64,000 nt of DNA, taken from the NCBI GenBank assembly GCA_030426125.1, contig JAUHZB010000002.1:67633-131632 (forward strand), read 5' to 3'. Below, piece by piece: positions 17,921 through 26,920 of this stretch. The position numbers and the translations under genes were made by a program. The notes beneath the pieces were generated by a model. The model worked only from the letters and a program-made list of their open reading frames with translations, did no database searches and was not told where the DNA came from. Origin of the DNA: a bacterium. Its GTDB lineage: Bacteria; Patescibacteriota; Saccharimonadia; Saccharimonadales; AWTP1-31. How positions within the stretch are numbered: the stretch's first letter is position 1; each line of letters begins with the position of its first letter.

Positions 17921-18790
17921 TTAGAGGTTAATAAATAGATTAACCAATAAAAGCTTACTGTTTGGGTTGTGTTGAATACATTCTTGAGACTGTAGGATTA
18001 ATTTGAGGCGTTCTTTCCAGGCAGGTACGGTGTTATCATTACGTTTTGCTGAGCTTACTAGTGCTGCATGACTTATTCGTTCTAGGGCTAGTAGTAAACC
18101 AGGGATGTCTTTATCTTTGGCAATTCCATCGACCATGTTCAGGCGTTCAAAAACAGTCTTGGAATAGATATCCTTAGCAGTTGCAATATTTTTTACTAGG
18201 GGGTGGTCGCTTTGGTTTTCTAGGAGAGCTGTCATTAAGCCGGTAGCCCCTTCAGACAATAAAAATGCTTTATTTATGGCTCGATGGTCAAATTTGTCAC
18301 TGAAATATTCCGTGGCATCTTTTTGACTGGCGGGCAGAACTTTAATGCGCTGCACCCTAGATAGTATAGTTGACATGATTTGGTTGGTGTTGCTACAAGT
18401 GAGGATAATGACAGTGTCGCTGGGCGGTTCTTCGAGGTTTTTTAGAAATGCGTTTTGGGCTTCGTGGCCCATTTGCTCAGCGTTTTCTATTATTACAGCT
18501 CGGTTGTAGGGTTGGTTGTGGATAGATTTTAGCACTAGGAATTTATTTATTTCACGGATTGATTCAATAGAAATAGATTTAGACTTTGTGTCTTCAGTTG
18601 ATCTAACAATTTTTAGTTTTGAATTCTTAAGAAGAGTTGCGGTATCGCTATCAAGTACGTTGGAGGCGATGTGCTTGGCCAAGGTGCTCTTTCCGCCTCC
18701 AGCTACGCCTTCCAATATTAAAGCGTGACTGGGTTTTTTGATAAAACGCTCAACATCAATTCTAGTCTTGGAATTAAGCAAAAGTTCCAC
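17921..18790 (-). CDS. holB: DNA polymerase III subunit delta'
   Basis: HALILEG..G.GK, ISIESIRE, AQNAFLKNLEEPP, TILSRVQ. Confidence 0.88.
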   Translation of the reverse strand: MELLLNSKTRIDVERFIKKPSHALILEGVAGGGKSTLAKHIASNVLDSDTATLLKNSKLKIVRSTEDTKSKSISIESIREINKFLVLKSIHNQPYNRAVIIENAEQMGHEAQNAFLKNLEEPPSDTVIILTCSNTNQIMSTILSRVQRIKVLPASQKDATEYFSDKFDHRAINKAFLLSEGATGLMTALLENQSDHPLVKNIATAKDIYSKTVFERLNMVDGIAKDKDIPGLLLALERISHAALVSSAKRNDNTVPAWKERLKLILQSQECIQHNPNSKLLLVNLFINL

Positions 18791-18793
18791 GGG

Positions 18794-19645
18794 TTATACC
18801 TTTTCTTCAAAATATTTGGGTAGTGGGGCTGAGAATTCTTTATCTTTTTTGCTTGGTAGTTGAAGTTTTAGTTTTCTGGCGTGTAAATAGGTTCTGTCTG
18901 CAGGCTGGCCGCCATAGAGGGTATCGCCTACGATAGGGTGACCGATTTGAGATAAATGCACCCTTAGCTGGTGGGTTCTGCCGGTTTCTGGATATAGCTC
19001 TACTAGGCAATATTGATCATTGCTACGGATTACCTTATAACGGGTCTTAGCCGGCTTGCCGTTAGGTCCAACCCGGAAAGTTTGCGGTTTTTTGGGGTTT
19101 CGCTCGATAGGCATATCTATAATTGCTTCTAGGTTACTAGGGGTTCCTTCTATTACGGCGACGTAGGTTTTTTCTACTTTACGCTCGGCAAATTGACGCT
19201 GTAAAAAGTCCATAGCAGATTGTTGCTTAGCGCAGATTAGAAGTCCGGAGGTAACCCGGTCTAGTCGATGTACTATTCCGCCTCTATTATCTGACATGCC
19301 TGTAGTGAAAGGACGAATGAAGCTAGATACCGTAGCTTCCGGATTAAACCTGCCTTTACTATGCGTCAGTACCCCTTCTGGCTTGATAACTACCAAACAG
19401 TCATCGTCTTGGTATATTATATCCAGTTTGATGTCTTCAACTGTTGGCTTGGTTTCAAAGTCATAGTCTATTTCGATACGGTCACCATCTTTCACCTTTA
19501 TGGATGGCTTGTATTTGGTTGTGTTATTTAGCTGGACTTTTCCTTGGTCGCAGAGGGCGCTAATAAAAGAACGACTTAAATCCTCTATATTGTCTGAAAT
19601 ACAGAGGTCTAATCGAGGATAGTCTTTGTTAGCTATGATCTTCAT
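18794..19645 (-). CDS. rluD: RluA/RluD family pseudouridine synthase with S4 domain
   Basis: HRLDRVTSG, TGRTHQLRVH, PIVGDTLYG, LHA. Confidence 0.88.
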   Translation of the reverse strand: MKIIANKDYPRLDLCISDNIEDLSRSFISALCDQGKVQLNNTTKYKPSIKVKDGDRIEIDYDFETKPTVEDIKLDIIYQDDDCLVVIKPEGVLTHSKGRFNPEATVSSFIRPFTTGMSDNRGGIVHRLDRVTSGLLICAKQQSAMDFLQRQFAERKVEKTYVAVIEGTPSNLEAIIDMPIERNPKKPQTFRVGPNGKPAKTRYKVIRSNDQYCLVELYPETGRTHQLRVHLSQIGHPIVGDTLYGGQPADRTYLHARKLKLQLPSKKDKEFSAPLPKYFEEKV

Positions 19646-19659
19646 AATATATCTGCCAG

Positions 19660-20685
19660 TTACTGTCTGAGCCCTACGGCTTTTTGGGCTTTGGCTAGTG
19701 TTTGGTTAGCTAACTGATTCACCTCTTTTTCAGATTGGCTAATTTTATCCAGGCATAGTTGGTCGTCAACAGCTTGAAGCTTATTGTTAAAATCTTTTAG
19801 GAAGTTCACTACAGCGTCGGCAACATCCTTTTTGAATTCGCCGTATTGGCTTAAGCCTTGGTATTTTTGCTGGACGTCGGCAAGTGGTGTTCCGCTCAGT
19901 GCTGACAATATATCCATTAAGTTACTAATACCAGGGCGAGTTTCATGATCATAGGCTATTTCACCGAAGCTATCGGTAGTAGCGGATAGTATCTTTTTGC
20001 GGGCCACTTCTGGATCATCACCGAGGAAAATTATGCCTTTGTCACTACCTGCTGATTTACTCATCTTTTTACTGGGATCTTGTAAATCCTTGATGCGTAA
20101 ACGGTTGGTAGAGTGAGCGAACTCAATCTGCTGTTTTTCAGCCTCCGGTAATACAAATATGTCACCAAATTTGTTATTGAAGCGAATAGCTATGTCCCTA
20201 GCTAGCTCAACGTGCTGAGTCTGATCGGCTCCGACCGGCACATATTTGGCACCGTACAGTAGAATGTCAGCAGCCATTAGTACTGGATAGTCGAATAGCC
20301 CGACAGAAACGCTCGATTGTCCACTGCCCTTTTCCTTGAATTGGGTCATTCTACTAAGTTCCCCCATGTAGGTGAAGCTGTTTAATATGACCGTTAGTTC
20401 ACTATGTGCCGGAACAAAACTTTGACGATAGATATAGGTATCCTGATCCTTAATGTCTAGCCCTGCTGCTATAAACAGCCTAATATTGTTTAAAGACTGT
20501 TCATAGAGCTTACTGTGGTCAATAGGTGTGGTGAAACTATGTAGATCAGGTACAAACAGGTTAATCTGATACTGACCAGCGTATTGCTTCTGTAATTTAA
20601 CAATAGGGAGCAAGGCACCTAGGTAATTACCAAGGTGGAGTTGGTTATTGGCCCGTAGACCGGTTAATATTACTGGTTTACTCAT
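19660..20685 (-). CDS. trpS: Tryptophan--tRNA ligase
   Basis: HLGN, YPVLMAADIL, VPVGADQTQH, KMSKS. Confidence 0.97.
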   Translation of the reverse strand: MSKPVILTGLRANNQLHLGNYLGALLPIVKLQKQYAGQYQINLFVPDLHSFTTPIDHSKLYEQSLNNIRLFIAAGLDIKDQDTYIYRQSFVPAHSELTVILNSFTYMGELSRMTQFKEKGSGQSSVSVGLFDYPVLMAADILLYGAKYVPVGADQTQHVELARDIAIRFNNKFGDIFVLPEAEKQQIEFAHSTNRLRIKDLQDPSKKMSKSAGSDKGIIFLGDDPEVARKKILSATTDSFGEIAYDHETRPGISNLMDILSALSGTPLADVQQKYQGLSQYGEFKKDVADAVVNFLKDFNNKLQAVDDQLCLDKISQSEKEVNQLANQTLAKAQKAVGLRQ

Positions 20686-20770
20686 AGTTCTCTCTCTATC
20701 TATTAGTTACTGAGCTATCCTGCATTACGTTATCTATTATACATAGACAACTTCTCTATTAATATGTTGT

Positions 20771-21955
20771 TTATTGCAACACTTCATCAACAGATGATAG
20801 CACTGTAGAAAGTTGTCTAGGGTTAAGCTGAGGATCAATATTCCCAGGGTGAGTTGGGGTCTGATCTGGACTGTCCACGCACTCAAGGCGGCTATTGTCT
20901 GCCATAGCCTCAACATGTATTCCATTAAGCATCCGTCCGCTAAAGTTCATTTCCTCTGCTACTGTTTCAACTTCTTCAACGAAACCGGATACACTACGGA
21001 TCTTTTGACCAGCTTGGTTAGTAGTGGTGTTGCCATGCTGATCAACAACTACGATCGATTCAGGACAGTACTTATTTATAGCATCGATGGTGTTTCGCAG
21101 TTCATCGATGTACTGTTTGCCGAAACGAAGCATTAATACTAGTTTACCTAGTTCTTGTTCAGGATTTAATACTTCGGTTAACCGTTCAACCTGTTCGGCT
21201 GTGGTGTTTGGTCCCAGCTTGACGCCAACTGGATTTTCGATACCCGACAGCATTGAAGCAATTGGTCCGTCCGCTGAGTTGGTGCGGTAGCCAATCCACG
21301 GCATGTCAGTTGATAGTAGAAACTTTTTGCCAGCATGTCTAGCTATGAAAGGTTGTTCGTAGGCAATATTCAAGGCTTCGTGAGCGAAGAATATCATTTG
21401 TTGCCCATTAGCTTGACGCAAAGCCTCAGCAGTTGCCCGAGACTGTAAAGCTCCGGCTAATAGTCTGTTGGGATCAGGTTGTCTGTCTGTTGGGTCAGTG
21501 CCATTAACACCCTGTCCCATATGTGAGACGATTTTTCTTCCATCGTCTAGTTCTTCAAATTCGTTAGATCTTGGTTTGGTGAACTGACCACAACTTCGTA
21601 GTACATGAACTCCGTCTGGAATGGCGTCTACCATACGATCTAGAAGTAGTTGGTTCTCAGCTGTCTTCTTATCGTAGTCTGCTGGGTCAACCAGCGGCTC
21701 CGAGCAGTTGCCCGCTATTATTAGTGGCCCCGACTCACCAGAGGCTACCATTGCTAAATTACTGCGCAGTTTAGTGATGTTGGTTGGTCTGGTTACTGGT
21801 TGCGCAGTCCGAAGTTCATCCAGTACTTTGAGCAGCTGCTCGCTGTCAGTGTAGTCTGGCTGGAAAGTTTCGTGGTATGGGCCAGCAGGCAGGCCGTGCA
21901 TTATTGATCTTGTTGTGTGAGCTCTAGGTCCTATCTCTGGTGTTGTGGTATTCAT
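20771..21955 (-). CDS. Class II DAHP synthase (3-deoxy-7-phosphoheptulonate synthase), short divergent form
   Basis: AGNCSE, GQFTKPRS, HEAL..AYE, WIGYRT, NPVGVKLGP, HGNT, GIHVE, DPQLN correspond in order to class II DAHPS motifs. Confidence 0.88.
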   Translation of the reverse strand: MNTTTPEIGPRAHTTRSIMHGLPAGPYHETFQPDYTDSEQLLKVLDELRTAQPVTRPTNITKLRSNLAMVASGESGPLIIAGNCSEPLVDPADYDKKTAENQLLLDRMVDAIPDGVHVLRSCGQFTKPRSNEFEELDDGRKIVSHMGQGVNGTDPTDRQPDPNRLLAGALQSRATAEALRQANGQQMIFFAHEALNIAYEQPFIARHAGKKFLLSTDMPWIGYRTNSADGPIASMLSGIENPVGVKLGPNTTAEQVERLTEVLNPEQELGKLVLMLRFGKQYIDELRNTIDAINKYCPESIVVVDQHGNTTTNQAGQKIRSVSGFVEEVETVAEEMNFSGRMLNGIHVEAMADNSRLECVDSPDQTPTHPGNIDPQLNPRQLSTVLSSVDEVLQ

Positions 21956-21994
21956 ATCTTTTCCTGTTATTGTCTCTTCTTATTCTTTTACATT

Positions 21995-22023
21995 AAAAAA
22001 CCGCCCCTTTTTTTTGGACGGTT
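21995..22023 (-). terminator. Attenuator terminator upstream of DAHP synthase
   Basis: AACCGTCC-AAAAAAAAG-GGGCGGTT-TTTT. Confidence 0.85.
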
Positions 22024-22045
22024 ACGTTTTCTGAGCAAAAATTAA

Positions 22046-22114
22046 CTATGCTGAATAAACCGTCCAAGATTGTCCGGTAAACCAATAAGCCTTATTAATT
22101 CGTTTTCTCAACAT
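22046..22114 (-). CDS. Aromatic attenuation leader peptide MLRKRINKAYWFTGQSWTVYSA (22 aa)
   Basis: TAT TGG TTT consecutive codons; TTGGACGGTT in the ORF is complementary to the terminator 5' arm; promoter TTGCAA(22153-22148)-N17-TATTAT(22130-22125). Confidence 0.88.
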   Translation of the reverse strand: MLRKRINKAYWFTGQSWTVYSA

Positions 22115-22208
22115 AACGTTATAGATAATACATTATGTTGCCAAGTATTGCAAATGTCTTGTTAGCTTCTCTTTGGCCTGTGTGTTAGCTCAAGGTATAC
22201 TTATATAG

Positions 22209-22532
22209 ATGAAACAGACTGTAGCTTTGGAAATACTATCACCTCAGCAGCTTATTCATGATTTGCCGGGCGGTATTCGTTCTGACCAGCAAATTCAGCA
22301 AATTGATGTCTGTGGAGCCAATTGTCCAGATAGACAGCCAGTCGTAAATGACTTATTAAGGTTATCTCAGGAGCTTGGCTTTGAAGTTCGAATCATATCT
22401 AGTGGTTGTCACGGAGCGATCGGCGGATGTGCAGTAAACGGGGCGCTGGAATGCGGTGCTTATGTGACCATACCAGTTTCGTCAGCAACTGGCGTAGTAG
22501 ATTCTGAAGTAATTGTTCGCTCTCGGTCTTAG
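22209..22532 (+). CDS. Small Cys-rich hypothetical protein, possibly thioredoxin-like [2Fe-2S] ferredoxin
   Basis: IDVCGANC...SSGCHGAIGGC...EC; promoter TTGGCC-N17-TATACT ending 7 nt before ATG. Confidence 0.55.
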   Translation: MKQTVALEILSPQQLIHDLPGGIRSDQQIQQIDVCGANCPDRQPVVNDLLRLSQELGFEVRIISSGCHGAIGGCAVNGALECGAYVTIPVSSATGVVDSEVIVRSRS

Positions 22533-22542
22533 CTTTAGTAAG

Positions 22543-22570
22543 AAAAAACACCGGCTGTGGACCGGTGTTT
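22543..22570 (-). terminator. Intrinsic terminator after rpsI (possibly bidirectional)
   Basis: AAACACCGG-TCCACAG-CCGGTGTTTTTT. Confidence 0.8.
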
Positions 22571-22595
22571 ATCTGTTCTGTGAATCCGTTCTGGA

Positions 22596-23006
22596 TTAAC
22601 GCTTTGTAAACTGACGTTGTTTACGAGCTCCCTTAAGACCGTATTTCTTACGTTCTTTTTCTCTTGGGTCACGTCCAAGTAGATCGGCTCTTCGAAGAGT
22701 TTGCTTATAATCTTCATTTACAAGAACAAGGGCTTTAGCAATAGCAAGACGTATAGCAATCGCTTGACCACTCATTCCGCCACCAGATACTACAACGCTA
22801 ACGTCGAACTTGTTGTTTTGTTCAAGCACGTTAAAAGGTTTTGTTAGTTCGTATAGAAGAGGTTTGCTGTTAGCAAAGTATTCTTCTGCCGGCTTAGAAT
22901 TAACAGTTATGTTTCCTTTACCAGTCATAAGTCTGGCTCGAGCAGTTACGCTTTTACGTCGACCTAGTGCATAGAAGTAGTTTTTTGGTTTTGCAGTAGT
23001 TGCCAT
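22596..23006 (-). CDS. rpsI: 30S ribosomal protein uS9
   Basis: GRRKS, GGG.SGQA, ERKKYG...QFTKR. Confidence 0.97.
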   Translation of the reverse strand: MATTAKPKNYFYALGRRKSVTARARLMTGKGNITVNSKPAEEYFANSKPLLYELTKPFNVLEQNNKFDVSVVVSGGGMSGQAIAIRLAIAKALVLVNEDYKQTLRRADLLGRDPREKERKKYGLKGARKQRQFTKR

Positions 23007-23491
23007 TATTTAGTCTCCTTCTGTTGGTCGTTAATTGCTTGGGCATGCTTTAGCTTGTACTCAATTGGTGATTGAGCTTGGTGTTGGTGGTTGTCATCAG
23101 TGTAGATCTTTAGGCGTTTTAGTCTTTCAGCTCGGAGTTTATTAACTGGTAGCATTCCACGAACAGCCTTGTATAGGACCCTAGTAGAGTCTTTTTCCAT
23201 TTGATCTTTAAGGGTTGCAGACTTTAAACCACCTGGGTAGTTACTGTGCTTGTAGTAGACTTTGTCGCTTAGCTTTTTACCAGTGGCTACTAGTTTGTCG
23301 GTGTTGGTAATAACTACATAGTCACCACAGTCAATATGTTGGGTAAACATTGGCTTTCCCTTACCGGTTAGTAGCATTGCTACTTCAGTTGCCACACGAC
23401 CGATAGGAGCCTGTGAAGCGTCAACTACGTACCATTTTCTAACTACGTCGCTAGGCTTGGCACTAAATGTCTTTGCAGGTTTACTATTCAT
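23006..23491 (-). CDS. rplM: 50S ribosomal protein uL13
   Basis: WYVVDA, DCGDYVV, AVRGMLP. Confidence 0.97.
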   Translation of the reverse strand: MNSKPAKTFSAKPSDVVRKWYVVDASQAPIGRVATEVAMLLTGKGKPMFTQHIDCGDYVVITNTDKLVATGKKLSDKVYYKHSNYPGGLKSATLKDQMEKDSTRVLYKAVRGMLPVNKLRAERLKRLKIYTDDNHQHQAQSPIEYKLKHAQAINDQQKETK

Positions 23492-23958
23492 TATTTCTTC
23501 TCCTTGGCGACAGTTTTCTTGGCGGTGGTTTTGGTAGCCTTGGGCTTAGCAGTTGATACCTTTGGCTTTGATTGATCTTTGGATACTGGTGCTTCGCTGA
23601 GGTCATCGACAAAAGATACTTTAGCCATTAATGTGTTATCGCCACGACGGGCTTCTAGTTTAGTTATTCGTAGGTGTCCACTATCTCTTCCCTTTAGCTT
23701 AGGAGCAATTTCGTCTACTAGTTTATGGCTACTCTCGATAGTTTGTAGACCATTAATAACCTGCCTTCGATTATGCAGGTCACCTTTCTTAGCCTTAGTG
23801 ATTAGTTTTTCTACATAAGGAACTAGTTCTTTGGCTTTGGAGATAGTGGTCTTAATAGAGCCATCACGAACTAGAGATTCAGCTAGGCCTTTAATTAGGG
23901 CTGATCTCTGGGCAGTTTCTCTGCCGAATTTACGACCTTTGTATGCGTTACGATGCAT
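23491..23958 (-). CDS. rplQ: 50S ribosomal protein bL17
   Basis: IKTT..KAK, EKLITKAK, RRGD; Lys-rich tail. Confidence 0.95.
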   Translation of the reverse strand: MHRNAYKGRKFGRETAQRSALIKGLAESLVRDGSIKTTISKAKELVPYVEKLITKAKKGDLHNRRQVINGLQTIESSHKLVDEIAPKLKGRDSGHLRITKLEARRGDNTLMAKVSFVDDLSEAPVSKDQSKPKVSTAKPKATKTTAKKTVAKEKK

Positions 23959-24900
23959 TTATAGCTCCAACTCCGCCATCTTATCTTTAACTTCGTCTAA
24001 TGCTTTACTACCAAAGCCTTTTAGATCACGTAGCTCAGCATCGTTAAGATCGAATAGATCCTTTAGGGTGTGAATTTCGTTATTTACTAAGGCGTTTGTT
24101 GTACGAGCAGATAGATTTAAGTCTTCGATAGAAGTCATTAGCTCAGCGGGCTCATCGCTTTCACTGGCTGTGTCTTCAGGGCTGGCATTCTCTTCAGGCT
24201 TAATTACTTCAACTCTGGTTTGTCCAGCTAGAGCGGTGTATTGGTTAACTAAAATAGCTGCTGCTTCTTCAAAAGCATCACGTGGGGTAATTGAACCGTC
24301 AGTTTCGATAGTAATGTGTAGTTTATCTAGATCAGTCATTTGACCAACACGGGTGTTTTCAACCTTGTAGCGCACTCGGCTAACAGGTGTAAATACAGCG
24401 TCTAGGGCGATCATATCGCTTTGTTTCTTGTGAGCTGACTCATCCATTGTTCGATAGCCACGTCCTGTTTCAACAACCATGTCGATAACTAGTTTGGTTT
24501 TATCGTCATCAAGAGTAGCAATTTGATGCTTTGGGTTTACGATTTCAACATCAGCGTTAGTTTCGATGTCTTTAGCAGTAACTTTACCTTTGCCAGATTT
24601 AGTTAAGCGTAGGGTCTGTGGTTCACTGCTGTAAACTTTGAAACGAACACCTCGAAGAGCTAGCATAATATCTACAATATCTTCTTTAACGCCTTTAACA
24701 GTAGTGAACTCGTGAGTAGCACCTTCAATTTTGAACGAGGTTATAGCAGCTCCAGCAATGCTGGATAGAAGTACACGTCGCATAGAGTTACCAAGAGTCA
24801 TTCCATAGCCAGAGTGAAGTGGTTCAATGGTAAAAGTTGCTGAATTATCTTTATGATCGTCGATGTTTACGAGACCTGGGGTGTGAATCATTTTTGACAT
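23959..24900 (-). CDS. rpoA: RNA polymerase alpha subunit
   Basis: EPLHSGYGMTLGNSMRRVLLSS, HEF, alpha-CTD LSARTTNAL...GFGSKA. Confidence 0.97.
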   Translation of the reverse strand: MSKMIHTPGLVNIDDHKDNSATFTIEPLHSGYGMTLGNSMRRVLLSSIAGAAITSFKIEGATHEFTTVKGVKEDIVDIMLALRGVRFKVYSSEPQTLRLTKSGKGKVTAKDIETNADVEIVNPKHQIATLDDDKTKLVIDMVVETGRGYRTMDESAHKKQSDMIALDAVFTPVSRVRYKVENTRVGQMTDLDKLHITIETDGSITPRDAFEEAAAILVNQYTALAGQTRVEVIKPEENASPEDTASESDEPAELMTSIEDLNLSARTTNALVNNEIHTLKDLFDLNDAELRDLKGFGSKALDEVKDKMAELEL

Positions 24901-24914
24901 ATATTTATCGCCTC

Positions 24915-25535
24915 CTAGCGTGAATAATATTCTACTATTAATTGTTCGTTGATATCTTGTTCAGCATCATCGCGTGATGGTGTGCTTGCTACAGTAACTT
25001 TGAATTTCTTACGGTCTACTTTTAGCCAGCTCGGTACGGTATCTGAAGAAGCAGGGCTAAGATCGTCAATATTCTTGAAGTATTCATTTTTCTTAGCCTT
25101 GTCACGTAGGACTATTTCGTCACCGACTTTCAAGCGAATTGATGGAATATCTACTCGTTGACCATTTAGCTGAAAATGGCCGTGAGTGACAAGCTGACGG
25201 GCTGCACGACGACTAACTGCAAGACCACTGCGGTAGATTGCGTTATCTAGACGTCGTTCTAGAAGTTGAAGTAGAATTTCACCAGACTGACCAGTCTTAC
25301 GGTTGGCTTCAGCCATTAGACGGGCGAACTGTTTTTCTAGAAGCCCATAAAGCCGTTTAACTTTCTGTTTCTCGCGAAGTTGTAGGCTATACTGGCTAGG
25401 TTTGTTCCTTGGATTCATGCCACCGGCAGCACCTGGTTTATTAGTTCGCTTAACTAAAGCTTTGTGAGCTTTAGGATGAAGGGCGTAACCTTCACGACGA
25501 CTCATTTTTACAATAGATTGTGTATCTCTAGCCAT
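24915..25535 (-). CDS. rpsD: 30S ribosomal protein uS4
   Basis: QLREKQK, LERRLDN, ARQLVTHGH, IVEYYSR. Confidence 0.97.
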   Translation of the reverse strand: MARDTQSIVKMSRREGYALHPKAHKALVKRTNKPGAAGGMNPRNKPSQYSLQLREKQKVKRLYGLLEKQFARLMAEANRKTGQSGEILLQLLERRLDNAIYRSGLAVSRRAARQLVTHGHFQLNGQRVDIPSIRLKVGDEIVLRDKAKKNEYFKNIDDLSPASSDTVPSWLKVDRKKFKVTVASTPSRDDAEQDINEQLIVEYYSR

Positions 25536-25537
25536 GA

Positions 25538-26035
25538 TTAGACCCTTCTCGCTTTCCTTGGACGAACGCCACCATGGGCAACACCAGTTACGTCTTTTAT
25601 TGATTCTACGGTAATACCAAGACCGTTAATGGTTCGGATTGCCGACTCTCGTCCTAGACCGATTCCTTTTACGTAAACATCTGCTTTAGCAAAACCAAAT
25701 TGCTGTTGGGCTATCTGGCCAGCTTTTTCAGCTGCTACTTGAGCTGCGTAAGCGGTACCTTTCTTTGATCCTCTAAAGCCGCAGGCTCCTGAGCTGGATG
25801 CTGAAAGAGCTCCACCACTTGGGTCAGTGAAAGTAACTATAGTGTTGTTGAACGATGCGTAAATGTGCACTTGGCCGTAAGGAACGGCTCGCTTAACTTT
25901 CTTGCGCCGGGTTACCTTCTTAACTTCAGGAGTATCTTGTCCGTCAGTTTTCGGGGTATCGACACTAGAGTCAGCTGGTTTAGTAGCTTTTTCGGTAGTT
26001 GTTTGGGTTGAATTATTTGATTTATCTTCAGTCAT
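25538..26035 (-). CDS. rpsK: 30S ribosomal protein uS11 with N-terminal extension
   Basis: ASFNNTIVT, GFRGSKKGTAYAAQ. Confidence 0.95.
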   Translation of the reverse strand: MTEDKSNNSTQTTTEKATKPADSSVDTPKTDGQDTPEVKKVTRRKKVKRAVPYGQVHIYASFNNTIVTFTDPSGGALSASSSGACGFRGSKKGTAYAAQVAAEKAGQIAQQQFGFAKADVYVKGIGLGRESAIRTINGLGITVESIKDVTGVAHGGVRPRKARRV

Positions 26036-26057
26036 AATATTCCTTTTAGGCCATTCT

Positions 26058-26444
26058 TTAGGTCTTAGCCGCTACTTTCTTGGCGGTACCACCGACAGTA
26101 ACTTTCTTACCTCGCCTGGTTCGGGCGTTGGTTTTAGTTCGTTGGCCCCGTGACGGAAGATTATGCTTGTGACGTAAGCCGCGGTAAGCATTGATATCTT
26201 TTAGCCGTTTGATGTTGCTGGTTACGATTCTTTGCAGTTCACCTTCAACGGTTAAAGTGTCATTGATGACATCTTGAATCTTAGATATTTCTGCGTCAGT
26301 TAGGTTTTTGACACGAACAGTTTCATCAATTTTAGCGCTAGCTAGGATGTCTTTGCTAGTTTTAGGGCCAATACCGTAGACATAAGTAAGGGCCACATGG
26401 ATTTGTTTTTCTGAAGGTATAGTTACACCGGATATTCTAGCCAT
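26058..26444 (-). CDS. rpsM: 30S ribosomal protein uS13
   Basis: ALTYVYGIG, RGQRTKTNARTR. Confidence 0.97.
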   Translation of the reverse strand: MARISGVTIPSEKQIHVALTYVYGIGPKTSKDILASAKIDETVRVKNLTDAEISKIQDVINDTLTVEGELQRIVTSNIKRLKDINAYRGLRHKHNLPSRGQRTKTNARTRRGKKVTVGGTAKKVAAKT

Positions 26445-26446
26445 GC

Positions 26447-26563
26447 TTAACCCTGCCTTTGCTTGTGCTTAGGTTTAAATTTGTTAATAACGTAGACCTT
26501 ACCTTTACGGCGGACTATCTTGTCGTCTGGACTGATTTTTTTGACGCTAGCACGTACTTTCAT
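26447..26563 (-). CDS. rpmJ: 50S ribosomal protein bL36 (zinc-free type; not in the ORF track)
   Basis: Manual translation [38 protein letters not shown]. Confidence 0.95.
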   Translation of the reverse strand: MKVRASVKKISPDDKIVRRKGKVYVINKFKPKHKQRQG

Positions 26564-26631
26564 ACGGATCATGTTCCTTTCTGGAATTCACAACACACTG
26601 CTTAAATTAATAATATATAACTTTGTAAAAG

Positions 26632-26853
26632 TTATGATTTGCGATAGGTGATTCTTCCCTTCGTAAGATCGTAAGGGGTCAACTCGACCGTCACGCTGTC
26701 ACCGGGCACGATGCGGATATAATGTTTCCTCATCTTTCCAGCAACATGAGCTATAATTTTATGACCGTTTTCAAGTTCGACACGAAACTGAGTCCCAGGT
26801 AGAGTCTCTACTATTGTCCCAGTTAGTTCGATTACTTCCTTGTTTACTGCCAT
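26632..26853 (-). CDS. infA: Translation initiation factor IF-1
   Basis: [21 protein letters not shown]. Confidence 0.97.
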   Translation of the reverse strand: MAVNKEVIELTGTIVETLPGTQFRVELENGHKIIAHVAGKMRKHYIRIVPGDSVTVELTPYDLTKGRITYRKS

Positions 26854-26920
26854 AAATATAACTAAGAGCCAATTATAACAGATAGACTTCGCAAATGTAA
26901 AGAGTTTTTCTGTTTTTTCT

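Noticed and set aside
20686..20770. T-box or attenuator upstream of trpS (also checked hisS and tyrS)
   Set aside because: Spacers are too short, with no T-box sequence, uORF or terminator.
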